Part shown: piece by piece, positions 39,888 to 49,303 of the stretch
Layout: each line of letters starts with the position of its first letter
How positions within the stretch are numbered: position 1 is the stretch's first letter
Assembly: GCA_963703285.1 (NCBI GenBank)
Contig: OY969807.1
Span: 800,001 to 864,000, forward strand
Reading direction: 5' to 3'
From: an uncultured Nitrososphaerota archaeon
GTDB lineage: Archaea > Thermoproteota > Nitrososphaeria > Nitrososphaerales > Gagatemarchaeaceae
DNA: 64,000 bases
The notes under the pieces: generated by a model
The model's database searches: none
What the model was told of the DNA's origin: nothing
What the model saw: only the letters and a program-made list of their open reading frames with translations
Translations under genes and position numbers: made by a program

Positions 39888-40031
39888 ACATTCTACGCTC
39901 CATCCGTCTTCGTGGCGAGCTATCAGTGGAGCAGTCGTCTGCCGATTCCACGGCCGCAAGATGAAGCCTCGCGCCTCAAAAAGCCGCACGGGCAGATATG
40001 CTACGCGCAGTGGTTTTATTCTTCATTTCTC

Positions 40032-40069
40032 TTCATATCCGCCTCTCTTCTTTTTTGAACGATTTTTTG
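40032..40069 (+). repeat. Pyrimidine/T-rich direct repeat, copy 2 (putative terminator)
   Basis: TTCATATCCGCCTCTCTTCTTTTTTGAACGATTTTTTG. Confidence 0.7.
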
Positions 40070-40102
40070 GCTCTCTGAAGAACTATTGGAATGTCATATG
40101 AG

Positions 40103-40255
40103 CTAGCCAAGAACCTTGAAACCCTCTTCCAGATCAAAATTATATCCTATCGCCTCCCAGAAACCGGCAGACTTGGTGTCGGTTGCCCAGATTCTATCAA
40201 ATCCGCAATCACACAGATACTCTTCTATGTCTTCAACCAACCTTCGGCCGACGCT
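40103..40255 (-). pseudogene. C-terminal fragment of a GNAT acetyltransferase
   Basis: Manual translation: SVGRRLVEDIEEYLCDCGFDRIWATDTKSAGFWEAIGYNF...* (GNAT motif A/B-like). No N-terminal part. Confidence 0.55.
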
Positions 40256-40389
40256 CCTCCCGGCTTCTGGACCACGTAGGCCAGATGGATTTCGGCATCC
40301 CCGTCGTGAGCTGCGATCGCGATCGCAAAGTCTAGGGCGCGGACCGACTCCTCAGAGCCGTCGTATCCCACGAGGATCCTACGCACCAT
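40225..40389 (-). pseudogene. Truncated universal stress protein (UspA N-terminus only)
   Basis: MVRRILVGYDGSEESVRALDFAIAIA...IHLAYVV, then stop at 54 aa. Confidence 0.8.
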
Positions 40390-40522
40390 TCTGCTCGCAC
40401 TTCCTCAAATCACACCGTCAGCCTCAATTTCTCTGTAGATTGGACTGGAAGAATCAACTCACTCTTCACCTAGGAGAGGACGTGAAGCGACATCTCCTTC
40501 ATTGTCTCGCACGAGCGTTATT

Positions 40523-40605
40523 AACGTAACGCTAGTTACACTTTCTGATTGCGTCCGATCTCCTTCTTCTACCGCATCTATGGCTTCTCCGGTCGTGTCT
40601 GCGTT
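40523..40605. repeat. About 80-bp direct repeat, copy 1 (37-bp identical core containing a GTAA-N6-TTAC palindrome)
   Basis: AACGTAACGCTAGTTACACTTTCTGATTGCGTCCGAT is identical at 40523-40559 and 43330-43366, followed by a similar ATGGCTTCTCCGGTCnTGTCTGCGTT. Confidence 0.9.
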
Positions 40606-40847
40606 CTTCAGATTCATTTACCGAAAGTGTACGGGTTGAAGCTAACCGGCTTCGAACCCAAAACGCCGCAAGTGGTAAGAATTTCTTACTGTGCGTTTCG
40701 AACCCAAATGGGGCTGGACCCTCCGGGCCCGCTAACAATTAGCGCAGAATTGACGCCGATTAGCTTAAAGAGTCAAATTCTGGCGATTCTATCGCCAATT
40801 CAACTCCGCAAGTCTCGAATTGGAACACCAATGGTCAAAGGAAGACG

Positions 40848-41096
40848 ATGCGAAAAAGGGTCGAGCTTCAGCTCAAGCTACTCTGGTACGAACAGGGAAT
40901 CGACGGGATGAGTGATGGAGAAATAGGGCTAATGGCTAAGAGATTTGCCGTCAAGGACTATAGGGTCGCTCTTCGAGACAGGGGCGTTCTCTATGACCAG
41001 AAGGAAGACCTTTGGAAATATCTGCTGTTAGAGCCGAAGACGAACGTTAAGAGGAGGAAGCAATACGAGAGTCGGTATGTCAGCAAAGAACAGTAA
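40848..41096 (+). CDS. Small hypothetical protein
   Basis: 82-aa ORF with protein-like composition. Confidence 0.45.
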   Translation: MRKRVELQLKLLWYEQGIDGMSDGEIGLMAKRFAVKDYRVALRDRGVLYDQKEDLWKYLLLEPKTNVKRRKQYESRYVSKEQ

Positions 41097-41412
41097 GGAG
41101 GCGCTGCGACTAGACCTTTCCAGCTCTCATTTGGTTCAACAGTTCGAGAACCGCAAGGTGGCATGGTCCGCGTCCTCAAGGAAGATTGCGCCAGGACGCC
41201 CCGTATCTTCTCCGGTTCGGCCAGGTCGCTTACCCCGGTCTTGCCGGGCCTGCCGGGACGAGGCATCATCTCGGGCTAACTTAGTCTGACGCCCGGTTCC
41301 TGCAGCAAACCAGAGACGAGCGTTCCGATTGCTCGAGACGCGGAACCGCGAGGCTGAGTGTGGACTGATAGCCATATAATAAGGCCTGTTTGGCGGACCG
41401 GCCAGGCTTGAA

Positions 41413-42039
41413 TTGAGGCTCGGGAGCTGGCTTGTTCCGCAGGACAAGATCTTCTTCGACATGCTCGAGGAGGAGTCCGGCAACGTCGCAGAAGGGGCGC
41501 AGGAACTCGAGGAGATGATCACAAAGTTCGACAGACTGGAGGAGAGAAGGTCCGAGATAAGACGAATAGAGCACCGCGGCGACGAGATTGTGCACCAAAT
41601 CTACGAGAAAGTCAATTCGGCGTTCATCACGCCGATAGACCAGGACGACATCACGAAGCTCGCGTCGCTCTACGACGATGTGCTGGATTATACGGAGGCG
41701 GTCGCCAACAGGATAGTGCTGTACGAGCTTCGGGAGGCGACCGAACCCATGAAAGAGATGGCTAGGATCGTGGGGCAGTCGGTCGGGGAGATACATGCAG
41801 CGTTCGTCGCCATGAGGCACAACAACGGCGAAGAAATCGACAAGAGATGCATAGCGGTCGACACCCTAGAGAACGAGGCGGACGTCGTACTCAACATCGG
41901 CGTCGCCCAGCTGTTCAAGGGGAACGACGTGATACAGATAATGAAGCTCAAGGAGATCTACGAGGAGCTCGAGATCGTCACGGACAAGTGCGAAGACGTG
42001 AGCCAAGAGCTGCGCGACATAGTGAGACGCTACTCGTAG
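41413..42039 (+). CDS. DUF47 phosphate transport regulator
   Basis: EHRGD...FITPIDQDDI...LENEAD...DKCEDV. Confidence 0.92.
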   Translation: MRLGSWLVPQDKIFFDMLEEESGNVAEGAQELEEMITKFDRLEERRSEIRRIEHRGDEIVHQIYEKVNSAFITPIDQDDITKLASLYDDVLDYTEAVANRIVLYELREATEPMKEMARIVGQSVGEIHAAFVAMRHNNGEEIDKRCIAVDTLENEADVVLNIGVAQLFKGNDVIQIMKLKEIYEELEIVTDKCEDVSQELRDIVRRYS

Positions 42040-42057
42040 ATCAGTCGTGAGCGCTCA

Positions 42058-43047
42058 ATGTTCACTCCACTGGTCATCGGGATCATAGGAATCGCCTACT
42101 CTTTCGATTTCGTCAACGGCTTCCACGACTCCGCCGACGCTATCTCGACGGTCGTTTCCACGCGTGCGCTCTCCCCGCTAGCGGCCGTGGGAATGGCTGC
42201 GACATTCAACTTCGTCGCGTTCCTAGTCTTCGGATTCGCGGTGGCAGCCACGATTGGGTCCGGAATAGTCTCCCCTCTGGCCATCAACGCGTACGTCATA
42301 CTGGCCGCCCTACTGGGGGCAATCAGTTGGGACGTGATCACCTGGTATTTCGGCCTCCCCACGAGCTCATCGCACGCACTAATCGGGGGGCTGATCGGTG
42401 CCGGAGTCACAGAGGGGGGCGTGGGCGTCCTCGTCTGGTCCAGCCTCGACAAGACGCTCACCTTCCTCGTCCTATCCCCTATCTTCGGGTTTGTCGTCGC
42501 CTTCGTCCTGATGACGGCCCTGCTCAACGCGTTCCACCGGTATTCCGCTCACACCATCAACGGCTACTTCAAGAGACTGCAGATCGTTTCTTCGAGCCTC
42601 GTGAGCCTGGCCCACGGCAGCAACGACGCGCAGAAGACGATGGGTGTGGTAACGGCGCTGCTCGTGACGACCGGTTATCTCTCGAAGTTCAGCGTCCCGC
42701 TGTGGGTGGCCGTCTTGGCTAACTCCTCGATCGCCCTCGGGACTCTCTTCGGAGGTTGGAGGATCGTGCGCACCATGGGCTTCAGGGTCACGAAGCTGGA
42801 CCCGGTGCACGGCTTTGCTGCAGAGACGACCGCGGCCGGGGTCATCATGAGCGCCTCGTTGCTCGGGATTCCGGTGAGCACGACCCACGTCGTGACCGGC
42901 TCGATTATGGGCGTAGGCGCCACAAGGCGGTTCTCGGCGGTGAGATGGAGCGTCGCAAGGCGCATAGTGTGGACATGGTTGATAACGATCCCTCTCTCTG
43001 CCGTAATCGCTTGTCTGGCGTACCTCGTGATCAGCGTTCTCAGGTAG
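42058..43047 (+). CDS. pit: Inorganic phosphate transporter (PiT family, bacterial-like)
   Basis: NGFHDSA, GLPTSSSHA, HGSNDAQK and PVSTTH motifs. Confidence 0.95.
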   Translation: MFTPLVIGIIGIAYSFDFVNGFHDSADAISTVVSTRALSPLAAVGMAATFNFVAFLVFGFAVAATIGSGIVSPLAINAYVILAALLGAISWDVITWYFGLPTSSSHALIGGLIGAGVTEGGVGVLVWSSLDKTLTFLVLSPIFGFVVAFVLMTALLNAFHRYSAHTINGYFKRLQIVSSSLVSLAHGSNDAQKTMGVVTALLVTTGYLSKFSVPLWVAVLANSSIALGTLFGGWRIVRTMGFRVTKLDPVHGFAAETTAAGVIMSASLLGIPVSTTHVVTGSIMGVGATRRFSAVRWSVARRIVWTWLITIPLSAVIACLAYLVISVLR

Positions 43048-43329
43048 CCTATGCGTGGCCCTCGTACAGATCAAGCCATTCCTCCACAGGTCTCCTCATG
43101 GTCGGAGCGCATAACTCGGGCGCTGAGCTCATGCCCGCGGCCTCGATATCAGAGAGCATGCCGCTTTGAGTTTGGTGGCCCCTGGCCCTCCGCGCCGCTC
43201 ATCCCAGGGGTCCTGTCGACCGGGCTGCTAGGACAAATCGAACTAAAACGCGACAATCCTGGTCGGGCTACCTTTTCCTCGGAATCCATTTTCAGAACCC
43301 GTTTGGGGGCCGGTCCTGCCGCAGGTAGA

Positions 43330-43409
43330 AACGTAACGCTAGTTACACTTTCTGATTGCGTCCGATACTTCCTCTATCTATCGATGGCTTCTCCGGTCCT
43401 GTCTGCGTT
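43330..43409. repeat. About 80-bp direct repeat, copy 2 (overlaps the MFS 3' end)
   Basis: Matches copy 1 at 40523-40605. Confidence 0.9.
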
Positions 43410-44632
43410 GGTTTCCGGCCCCTTGTTAGAACCATCAGCACCACTGCCGCCGAGACCGCCGTGGCAGCAAAGAGCGTGAACCCGAGCCTGCCGGTGGCGA
43501 AGGTGAGCATGACCCCTATCAGGGTGCTCGAAGTGAAGTCACCGATTCCGTTGACCGTCTGCAAGACTCCGAATCCTGACCCTCTCTGTGATTCGCCGAG
43601 CAGGTCGGCTGCGTAGGCGCCCTCCACCGTGTCGACGATTGCCACCTGCAGACCTGCGAGGACGAAGATGGTCGCGAGTATCGGAAGGTACGGGCTTTCG
43701 AAGATTGATGCGATGCACGCGAGAGCAAAGATTACGTTCCCTGAGGCCAACAGCACCCTCTTCGAGACCCTATCCGCCAGATGACCCACAGGAAACGACG
43801 CAACAGCGTAGACCAGGTTCAAGAGCACGTACAACAGCACAGCGAACTCGGACGCCTCCTTGGGCCCGAGAGAGGGCTGGAGTACCTGCTCGGCCCTCAG
43901 CGTGAAGATCACGTTCGAGAAGTTTACGATTCCGAACAGCCCCACCCCCACGAGGAACAGCTTGAAGGTCCTCGGGAGGTTGCCTATGGACGAACGGAAG
44001 CTCCTCTGCTCGAACTTCTTTCGGCCTCTTACCTCTCTGACGAGCGTGACGACGACGAGGACGCAGACCGCGCCCGGTATGAACGAGACAAAGAAGATGG
44101 AAGAGTATGGGAGATATGGTATGAGTAGGAGGGCGATGGCGGGGCCGATAACTGCCCCGGCAGTGTCCATTCCACGCTGAAAGCCGAATGCCCTTCCGAC
44201 GGACTTCGCGGGCACAGATTCGGTCAGCAGTGCGTCCCTCGGCGGCCCTCTTGCTCCCCTCCCCATCCATGCGCCAACGCGGAGTGCTAGGACCTGAAGC
44301 CATGACGTACAGAAGCCGATCATGGGTATCAGGGCCGCCGTAAGGGCGTACCCCAGCTACATGATCGAAGTCCGCTTCCCTACCTTGTCGGAGAAGTAGC
44401 CCGAATACGCCTTTACCGCGCTCGACGCACCATCCGAAGCACCTTCGACCAGCCCCACTATCGCGGCGGTCCCGCCGAGGTCGAACAGTATGAAGAATGG
44501 AAGAATCGCGGTCGCCATCTCGTGGCTCATGTCAGAGAAAAGACTCGTGAGACTGATTCCGAGCACGTTCCTGTTCAGCCAATCTCTGTCCGGGTTGGGC
44601 GTCCCGCTGCTGGCACCATCGGTCTTCACCAA
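43343..44632 (-). pseudogene. MFS transporter interrupted by an in-frame TAG at 44357-44359
   Basis: ORFs 44357-44632 and 43343-44323 share a frame: ...SDKVGKRTSIM*LGYALTAALIPMIG...; RGPPRDAL and AFGFQRGMDTAG motifs. Confidence 0.85.
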
Positions 44633-44671
44633 TCTCTCACGAACGGTCTGAGAGGGTGCCCAACTATTTTG

Positions 44672-44691
44672 GATGTAATAACAGTTACATC
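44672..44691. promoter_or_regulatory. Palindromic operator-like site GATGTAA-N6-TTACATC upstream of the MFS gene
   Basis: Perfect 7-bp arms about 40 nt upstream of the MFS start. Confidence 0.6.
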
Positions 44692-45105
44692 GCGACAGAG
44701 GATTTGAGGTCAGGCTTCGGCGAAGGCACCTCGGGCCTCAAAATCGAAGGCTCAGTATGGATAATGTGTGAGGTCCTCTCGAGAGGCGTCGTCGCAGTCA
44801 AGGAGGGCGGGATCAAGGCATTTCGTATCCGCTTTGAGCAGCGTTTTCGCAGCGAATACCCCTCGGTCCAGACCCTTGACCTCGCCGGAAGGAAAAAGGA
44901 CCAGGCGCTTTCCTTCGTGGGGGATAAATACCGACCCACCATCCAACGCTTGCAATGACCGACATACCTTACTCGAAAACGACGGGAAAATGGGGTAAGG
45001 TCTCTCGGCGGAGAGGGCAGACTAGGCTACGTCCTCTACGGTTCCCTGGCTTGAATGTGACCATCCACGCAAGTATAAAGTCAAGCAAGTGCGTCTTTCT
45101 CCCCT

Positions 45106-45210
45106 GTGGAGGACTACTACAGAAAGAGGGCACTCGAGTACGAGGAGGTCTACCACAGGGACGACCCCAAGCGCAAGGAGGAACTGGAGAAGATTTCCGC
45201 CGCAATGCAG
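45106..45210 (+). pseudogene. N-terminal fragment of a class I SAM-methyltransferase-like gene
   Basis: EDYYRKRALEYEEVY...EEL pattern; no SAM-binding motif follows. Confidence 0.45.
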
Positions 45211-45432
45211 GGGAAGCCCGCCGTCGCTGAGATTGAACGCCTCCTTGAGGACCCTGTGAACTTCTGGGCGCAGCCGAACATAGCGAACAGGATCACTAAG
45301 ATAGAGGGCTACCGGGTGCAGGTCGAGGGGTTGACCTACTCGAAGAGGAATCGCCTTCATACAGTCCTCGAGCCGCACGAAGCATACCCTCATAAACCAT
45401 TATTCCGTGGAATCACACCGGCGATTGATGCA

Positions 45433-45879
45433 ATGGTCGAAGTGAAGTACGAGCCGTACAAAGAACTGATAATTCACGAAATCAGGAAGATGACCCTCCC
45501 AAACTTCCTACTGATGGTGGCATCCCAGGTCGAAGCGCAGAAACAAGGAGCGATGCCCTCAATCGATTGGATCGATGGAATCGTCTTCGTCAAGGGAGAT
45601 TACGCGCCACCCGTTCCTCCGCTAGTGACCGAAGACCAGTTCAAGGGACGACTCCATTATCCAATGGTGTTTTTCGCCGAGACAAGCTACGAACCCCAAA
45701 AGCGGGTGACCCTAAACGGAAGAGATGTCCTGATCAGACTCAACAAGGCTGACAGCAATCCCGTCTTCGTGGACATGGTCAAGTTCCTGAAGGCCTTCAA
45801 GCCGTCGCCCGACGAAAGTCTACAGGTGAACACCGAGGAGAAATCCGAGCAAGAGATTCATTCGGACAAAAGCACTTAG
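45433..45879 (+). CDS. Archaeal hypothetical protein
   Basis: MVEVKYEPYKELIIHE...WIDGIVF...G.LHY..V.FA; ATG 45433 lies inside the longer track ORF. Confidence 0.7.
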   Translation: MVEVKYEPYKELIIHEIRKMTLPNFLLMVASQVEAQKQGAMPSIDWIDGIVFVKGDYAPPVPPLVTEDQFKGRLHYPMVFFAETSYEPQKRVTLNGRDVLIRLNKADSNPVFVDMVKFLKAFKPSPDESLQVNTEEKSEQEIHSDKST

Positions 45880-45912
45880 CACGAACGGCCCCCGCAGCGC
45901 CGGCGGTGCACG

Positions 45913-46307
45913 ATGGCAAGACTTACCATCTTGGGACTGGCAGTCGCTCTAGCCATCATAGGGTTGATTTTCGTCGTCGAAGGTGCCACCGCGACTGGTT
46001 TCTGTAATCCCGGCGGGAACGGGTGCACCTCGGCGAACTACACGCTGGGGTACGCAGGAATTGTTATTCTTGTGGTCTCCGCCGGAATAGCCGTTGCCTC
46101 GCTTTCGTCCTCGTGGTCCCGGTGTTGCCGGCCATGATTCCTGCTCCCATAGACCCTTGCGCGGTGAGCCCTTCCTGCGCCCCTGTGTACGTGCACTTCG
46201 GCGAGTCGTTCAGCTGCTACCTCGAAGGAGGAGGGATCAGAGGATGGCTCGGCTTCTACTACTACAACGGGGAACTTGATTTCGGCTGCACACCCCTCCT
46301 TCTTTGA
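45913..46307 (+). CDS. Small membrane / Cys-containing hypothetical protein(s): two overlapping frames, possibly frameshifted or chimeric
   Basis: 45913-46137 has two TM segments. An overlapping frame ending at 46307 has a hydrophobic stretch plus a Cys-rich tail. Confidence 0.4.
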
Positions 46308-46344
46308 TTCGGCGTGAGAGCTTGGACCTGACAGAGAACGCTCT

Positions 46345-46932
46345 TCATCCCGGAGCCCGGGGTGTCAATCTCCTGGTGTGGCCGATTTGACTCAGCGCGC
46401 TTCCGATTACGACCACGGCGGCGACGACAAGTACGACCCCCGAGAGGGCCATCGGGATGTCCCTCCCCGATCCGAAGACGTGCAGCAGCATCAGCGCGAC
46501 CGCTATCAGAGACACGAGTCCGTGATAGAAAAGAGACCCCCGAAGGCCCTCCATGAAAATCAAGCCAGAGAGCCAGACCACGAAGGCCGCGTAGGTTGCT
46601 ATGTACCCGTAGAAGACGGGCAGCGAGACCGGCCAGAGGATCAGCAGCTCAACGTGGATGAAGATGAACACGCCGCCCCCGAACGCCAGCCAGACGTGGA
46701 TCGAATTGAAGAGCTCGGCCGACTTGAATCGGAGGATGAACGACCGCCGAAAGACGATTATCGCGCCGCTCGCGACGAACAGGATGAGCCCCAGGAACCC
46801 CGAGACGTTGGCTAGCAGGGCGTTGGTGTAGAGGAGAGACGACGGGAGGACGTTGGTGAGCGACAGGAAGACGGACGCAAGAACCATGACGCACGCCCCG
46901 ACCGTCGAGTAGTACACGAGTCTGTTCTGCAA
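46345..46932 (-). CDS. Integral membrane protein, ferric-reductase-like TM domain (possible heme-b His ligands)
   Basis: IHVW...IHV and YHG...LHV His pairs within TM helices; TTG 46932 is inferred. Confidence 0.6.
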   Translation of the reverse strand: MQNRLVYYSTVGACVMVLASVFLSLTNVLPSSLLYTNALLANVSGFLGLILFVASGAIIVFRRSFILRFKSAELFNSIHVWLAFGGGVFIFIHVELLILWPVSLPVFYGYIATYAAFVVWLSGLIFMEGLRGSLFYHGLVSLIAVALMLLHVFGSGRDIPMALSGVVLVVAAVVVIGSALSQIGHTRRLTPRAPG

Positions 46933-46955
46933 GATACCCCAGTTCCTTCTCGGCG

Positions 46956-47411
46956 CTATCCCTTGAGGTATGAGCGGCCCGTCCTGAGGTAGAGGTCCTC
47001 GCCCGTGAGCCAATCCTGGCGAAGCGGCGAGAAGCAATCGAAGTCGTCCGTGTCTTCGAGCGCGACAGCCTCGTGCACAACGTTGGGTGGGATCACGAGG
47101 ACCTCCCCCGACCTGACCGTGTAGTCCTCGCCGGCTATGGTGAACTTGAGCGCGCCCTTCGTGATAAACGTGATCTGTTCGCTGAGGTGCTTGTGCGCTG
47201 GGACTATGGCGCCTTTCTTCATGCATACGTAGCCAAGCATCTCCCTCTCTCCTACGGCGAGGCGTCTCGAGATGGATGGGTTCAGCCACTCCGGCTCCAT
47301 CTCGGCCCACCGCAGATGCTTGGGCCGCCTGTCGGTCCGGCTCGCCGATGGGTCGGTCTTGGTGCGCGCTTTACCAGATCGGGGCATTTGGAATTGACCG
47401 GCCGACGTCAT
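46956..47411 (-). CDS. Cupin domain protein
   Basis: PAHKH..EQ...G...IPPNVVH...D.FSP.RQDW. Start uncertain. Confidence 0.88.
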   Translation of the reverse strand: MTSAGQFQMPRSGKARTKTDPSASRTDRRPKHLRWAEMEPEWLNPSISRRLAVGEREMLGYVCMKKGAIVPAHKHLSEQITFITKGALKFTIAGEDYTVRSGEVLVIPPNVVHEAVALEDTDDFDCFSPLRQDWLTGEDLYLRTGRSYLKG

Positions 47412-47464
47412 GACACTTGATTTATTCTTTGTTACGAATCAAGAAACGGAAAGCCTGCCCCGCG

Positions 47465-48028
47465 TCACATGGTCGCCAGCGAAGCAGCGCGGCGCACGTA
47501 GGTCCAGAACGCGTCCCAGGTCGTGGCTCTCCAGGCGTCTCCGCCTTCGGGCGTCTTGTACCACTCGATCAGTATCTTGTGCTTCCCCAGCCGTGAGCTC
47601 AGCAACGGTATCGTCTTTGATATCTCGACGTCAATCTCGAACCAGGTCTTACCTATCTTGCAGGACGTTCCGGAGGGGAGGCTCGGGTTGAAGCGCTTGC
47701 GAATCTCCTGCTCGAAGAGCCGGGGCGAGACCGAGTGGACTACCTCTTTGTCGGTGAATATCGTGAAGCTGAGCTTCCCGCCGGTCCCCCCGAACTCCTT
47801 CTCGGGCGCGTCCTTCGGGGGTTCGACGCGGGTGCCAATCGGGACGCCGTGCGAGCTCATTATTGTGCTGTAGGCCTCCGTGATCTGGTTGAACTTCTCC
47901 TCCGCGCCCGGGGCCTTGTTTTTGTCCGGATGGTATTCCCTGGCAAGGCGACGGAAGGCGCTCTTGATCTCTAGGAGATTGGCGTCAGCGCGCACTCCCA
48001 GTACCCTGTAGCACGCTTCAAGCTCCAG
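47465..48028 (-). CDS. DnaJ (J-domain) protein
   Basis: (L)ELEACYRVLGV...IKSAFRRLAREYHPDKNK...EEKFNQITEAY; full helix I needs the CTG start at 48028. Confidence 0.88.
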   Translation of the reverse strand: MELEACYRVLGVRADANLLEIKSAFRRLAREYHPDKNKAPGAEEKFNQITEAYSTIMSSHGVPIGTRVEPPKDAPEKEFGGTGGKLSFTIFTDKEVVHSVSPRLFEQEIRKRFNPSLPSGTSCKIGKTWFEIDVEISKTIPLLSSRLGKHKILIEWYKTPEGGDAWRATTWDAFWTYVRRAASLATM

Positions 48029-48137
48029 CTACCGTACCCCCCGGAAACAATGGAAGAGAGGATGACGACGAGGATAATTTCTTAAGGGTTTCGAGAGGCC
48101 CTCAAAAGTTATAGTCGGCGGCCAATCCGCAAGGGCG

Positions 48138-48737
48138 TTGCTCGCTGTCTGGCAGGTCTTCCTGAGCGGCGTGATTCTGGGAATCTCCATAGCGGCGCCG
48201 CCCGGCCCGGTCAACGCGGCGGCCGCGTATCAGGCGACGAGGTCGTGGCTGGCAGGCTGGACGACCCTCCTCGGTGCCACGACGGCGGATGGGGTCTTCT
48301 TCTTGCTCACCTACTTCGGGATCACGGCGCTCCTGGCGTCGGGCGAGGCCCGGGACGTGCTCTTCGGCGTCGGTGGGGTGTTCATGTTCTACCTTGCGTT
48401 CTCCACCCTGAGGAACGCCAAGCACGCACCGTCGGTGCGTCCGCAGAGGTCTGGCAGGTTGCCCTACTTCCTGGGGCTCACCATCGGTCTGTCCAACCCC
48501 TTCCAACTGGCTTGGTGGATCGCCGTGGGTGTCGGCATGATCACGAGGTTCGGGCCGAGCATCGTGGTCGGGTTCTTCGCCGGCATAGTCGCCTGGACGC
48601 TGTTCTTCGCCACCCTGGTGCACGAGGGCGTGAGGAGGTACGCGAGGATCTACCCTTTCCTGGTCGGCGTGTCGGGGGTCATACTGCTGGCCTTCGGGGC
48701 CTGGTTCCTCTACTCGGCTATCTCTTCCTTGACCTGA
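48138..48737 (+). CDS. LysE family translocator
   Basis: AAPPGPVN, GATTAD and GLSNP motifs. Confidence 0.9.
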   Translation: MLAVWQVFLSGVILGISIAAPPGPVNAAAAYQATRSWLAGWTTLLGATTADGVFFLLTYFGITALLASGEARDVLFGVGGVFMFYLAFSTLRNAKHAPSVRPQRSGRLPYFLGLTIGLSNPFQLAWWIAVGVGMITRFGPSIVVGFFAGIVAWTLFFATLVHEGVRRYARIYPFLVGVSGVILLAFGAWFLYSAISSLT

Positions 48738-49224
48738 CCCTGCGCTCGTACTCTCTGACTGCCGACTCCTGGGCTCCCTCGACAGACCCGGGCCTTATCT
48801 CCCGCAGGTGGGCGATGGCCTGGTCGGCCGTCTTCCCGTCGTACTCTATGAAATAGGCTGCAATCACCGACCCCGTCCTGCCGACTCCGGCCAGGCAGTG
48901 CACCAGGACCTTTCGGCCCTCGCCCAGCTGGGAGGCTATGAACCTGGTCCCCTCCTCGAGACCCTCCTGGGAGGGCGGCGCGTGGTCGAGCATGCGGACG
49001 TGCTTAGCGTGGAGTCCCGTCCCCTTCAGCCAGTCGGGGGGAAGGGGCGACTCGGTCAGCGTTAGGATGGAGTCCACCCCCTGGCCCTCGAGCCACCTGA
49101 GCTGCCCCGCCGAGGAGGGAAGTCCAGAGGCGGCCAGTTCTCCCTCTATGACCCAGCTGAATGCTGTGGGCCTGCTCGTGAACCTCGACCGGACTCTCCT
49201 GTATACCCTGCCTGTTCTTCCCAA
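48718..49224 (-). CDS. Dual-specificity protein phosphatase
   Basis: VHCLAGVGRTG active site. Confidence 0.93.
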   Translation of the reverse strand: MGRTGRVYRRVRSRFTSRPTAFSWVIEGELAASGLPSSAGQLRWLEGQGVDSILTLTESPLPPDWLKGTGLHAKHVRMLDHAPPSQEGLEEGTRFIASQLGEGRKVLVHCLAGVGRTGSVIAAYFIEYDGKTADQAIAHLREIRPGSVEGAQESAVREYERRVRSRKR

Positions 49225-49303
49225 GACGGAGAACTCGCCGGAGCGGGACCGCTAGCTGAGATAGGCCTTTCGGTATGAAAGTGAAGACGGCTAGAGGGTC
49301 TGG

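Noticed and set aside
44357-44359. Pyrrolysine recoding
   Set aside because: A single TAG in a transporter TM region, no pyl genes in the window, and TAG is used as a normal stop in many genes here.
45106-45879. 257-aa ORF as one protein
   Set aside because: It looks like a methyltransferase-like fragment read through in frame into a separate gene starting at ATG 45433.
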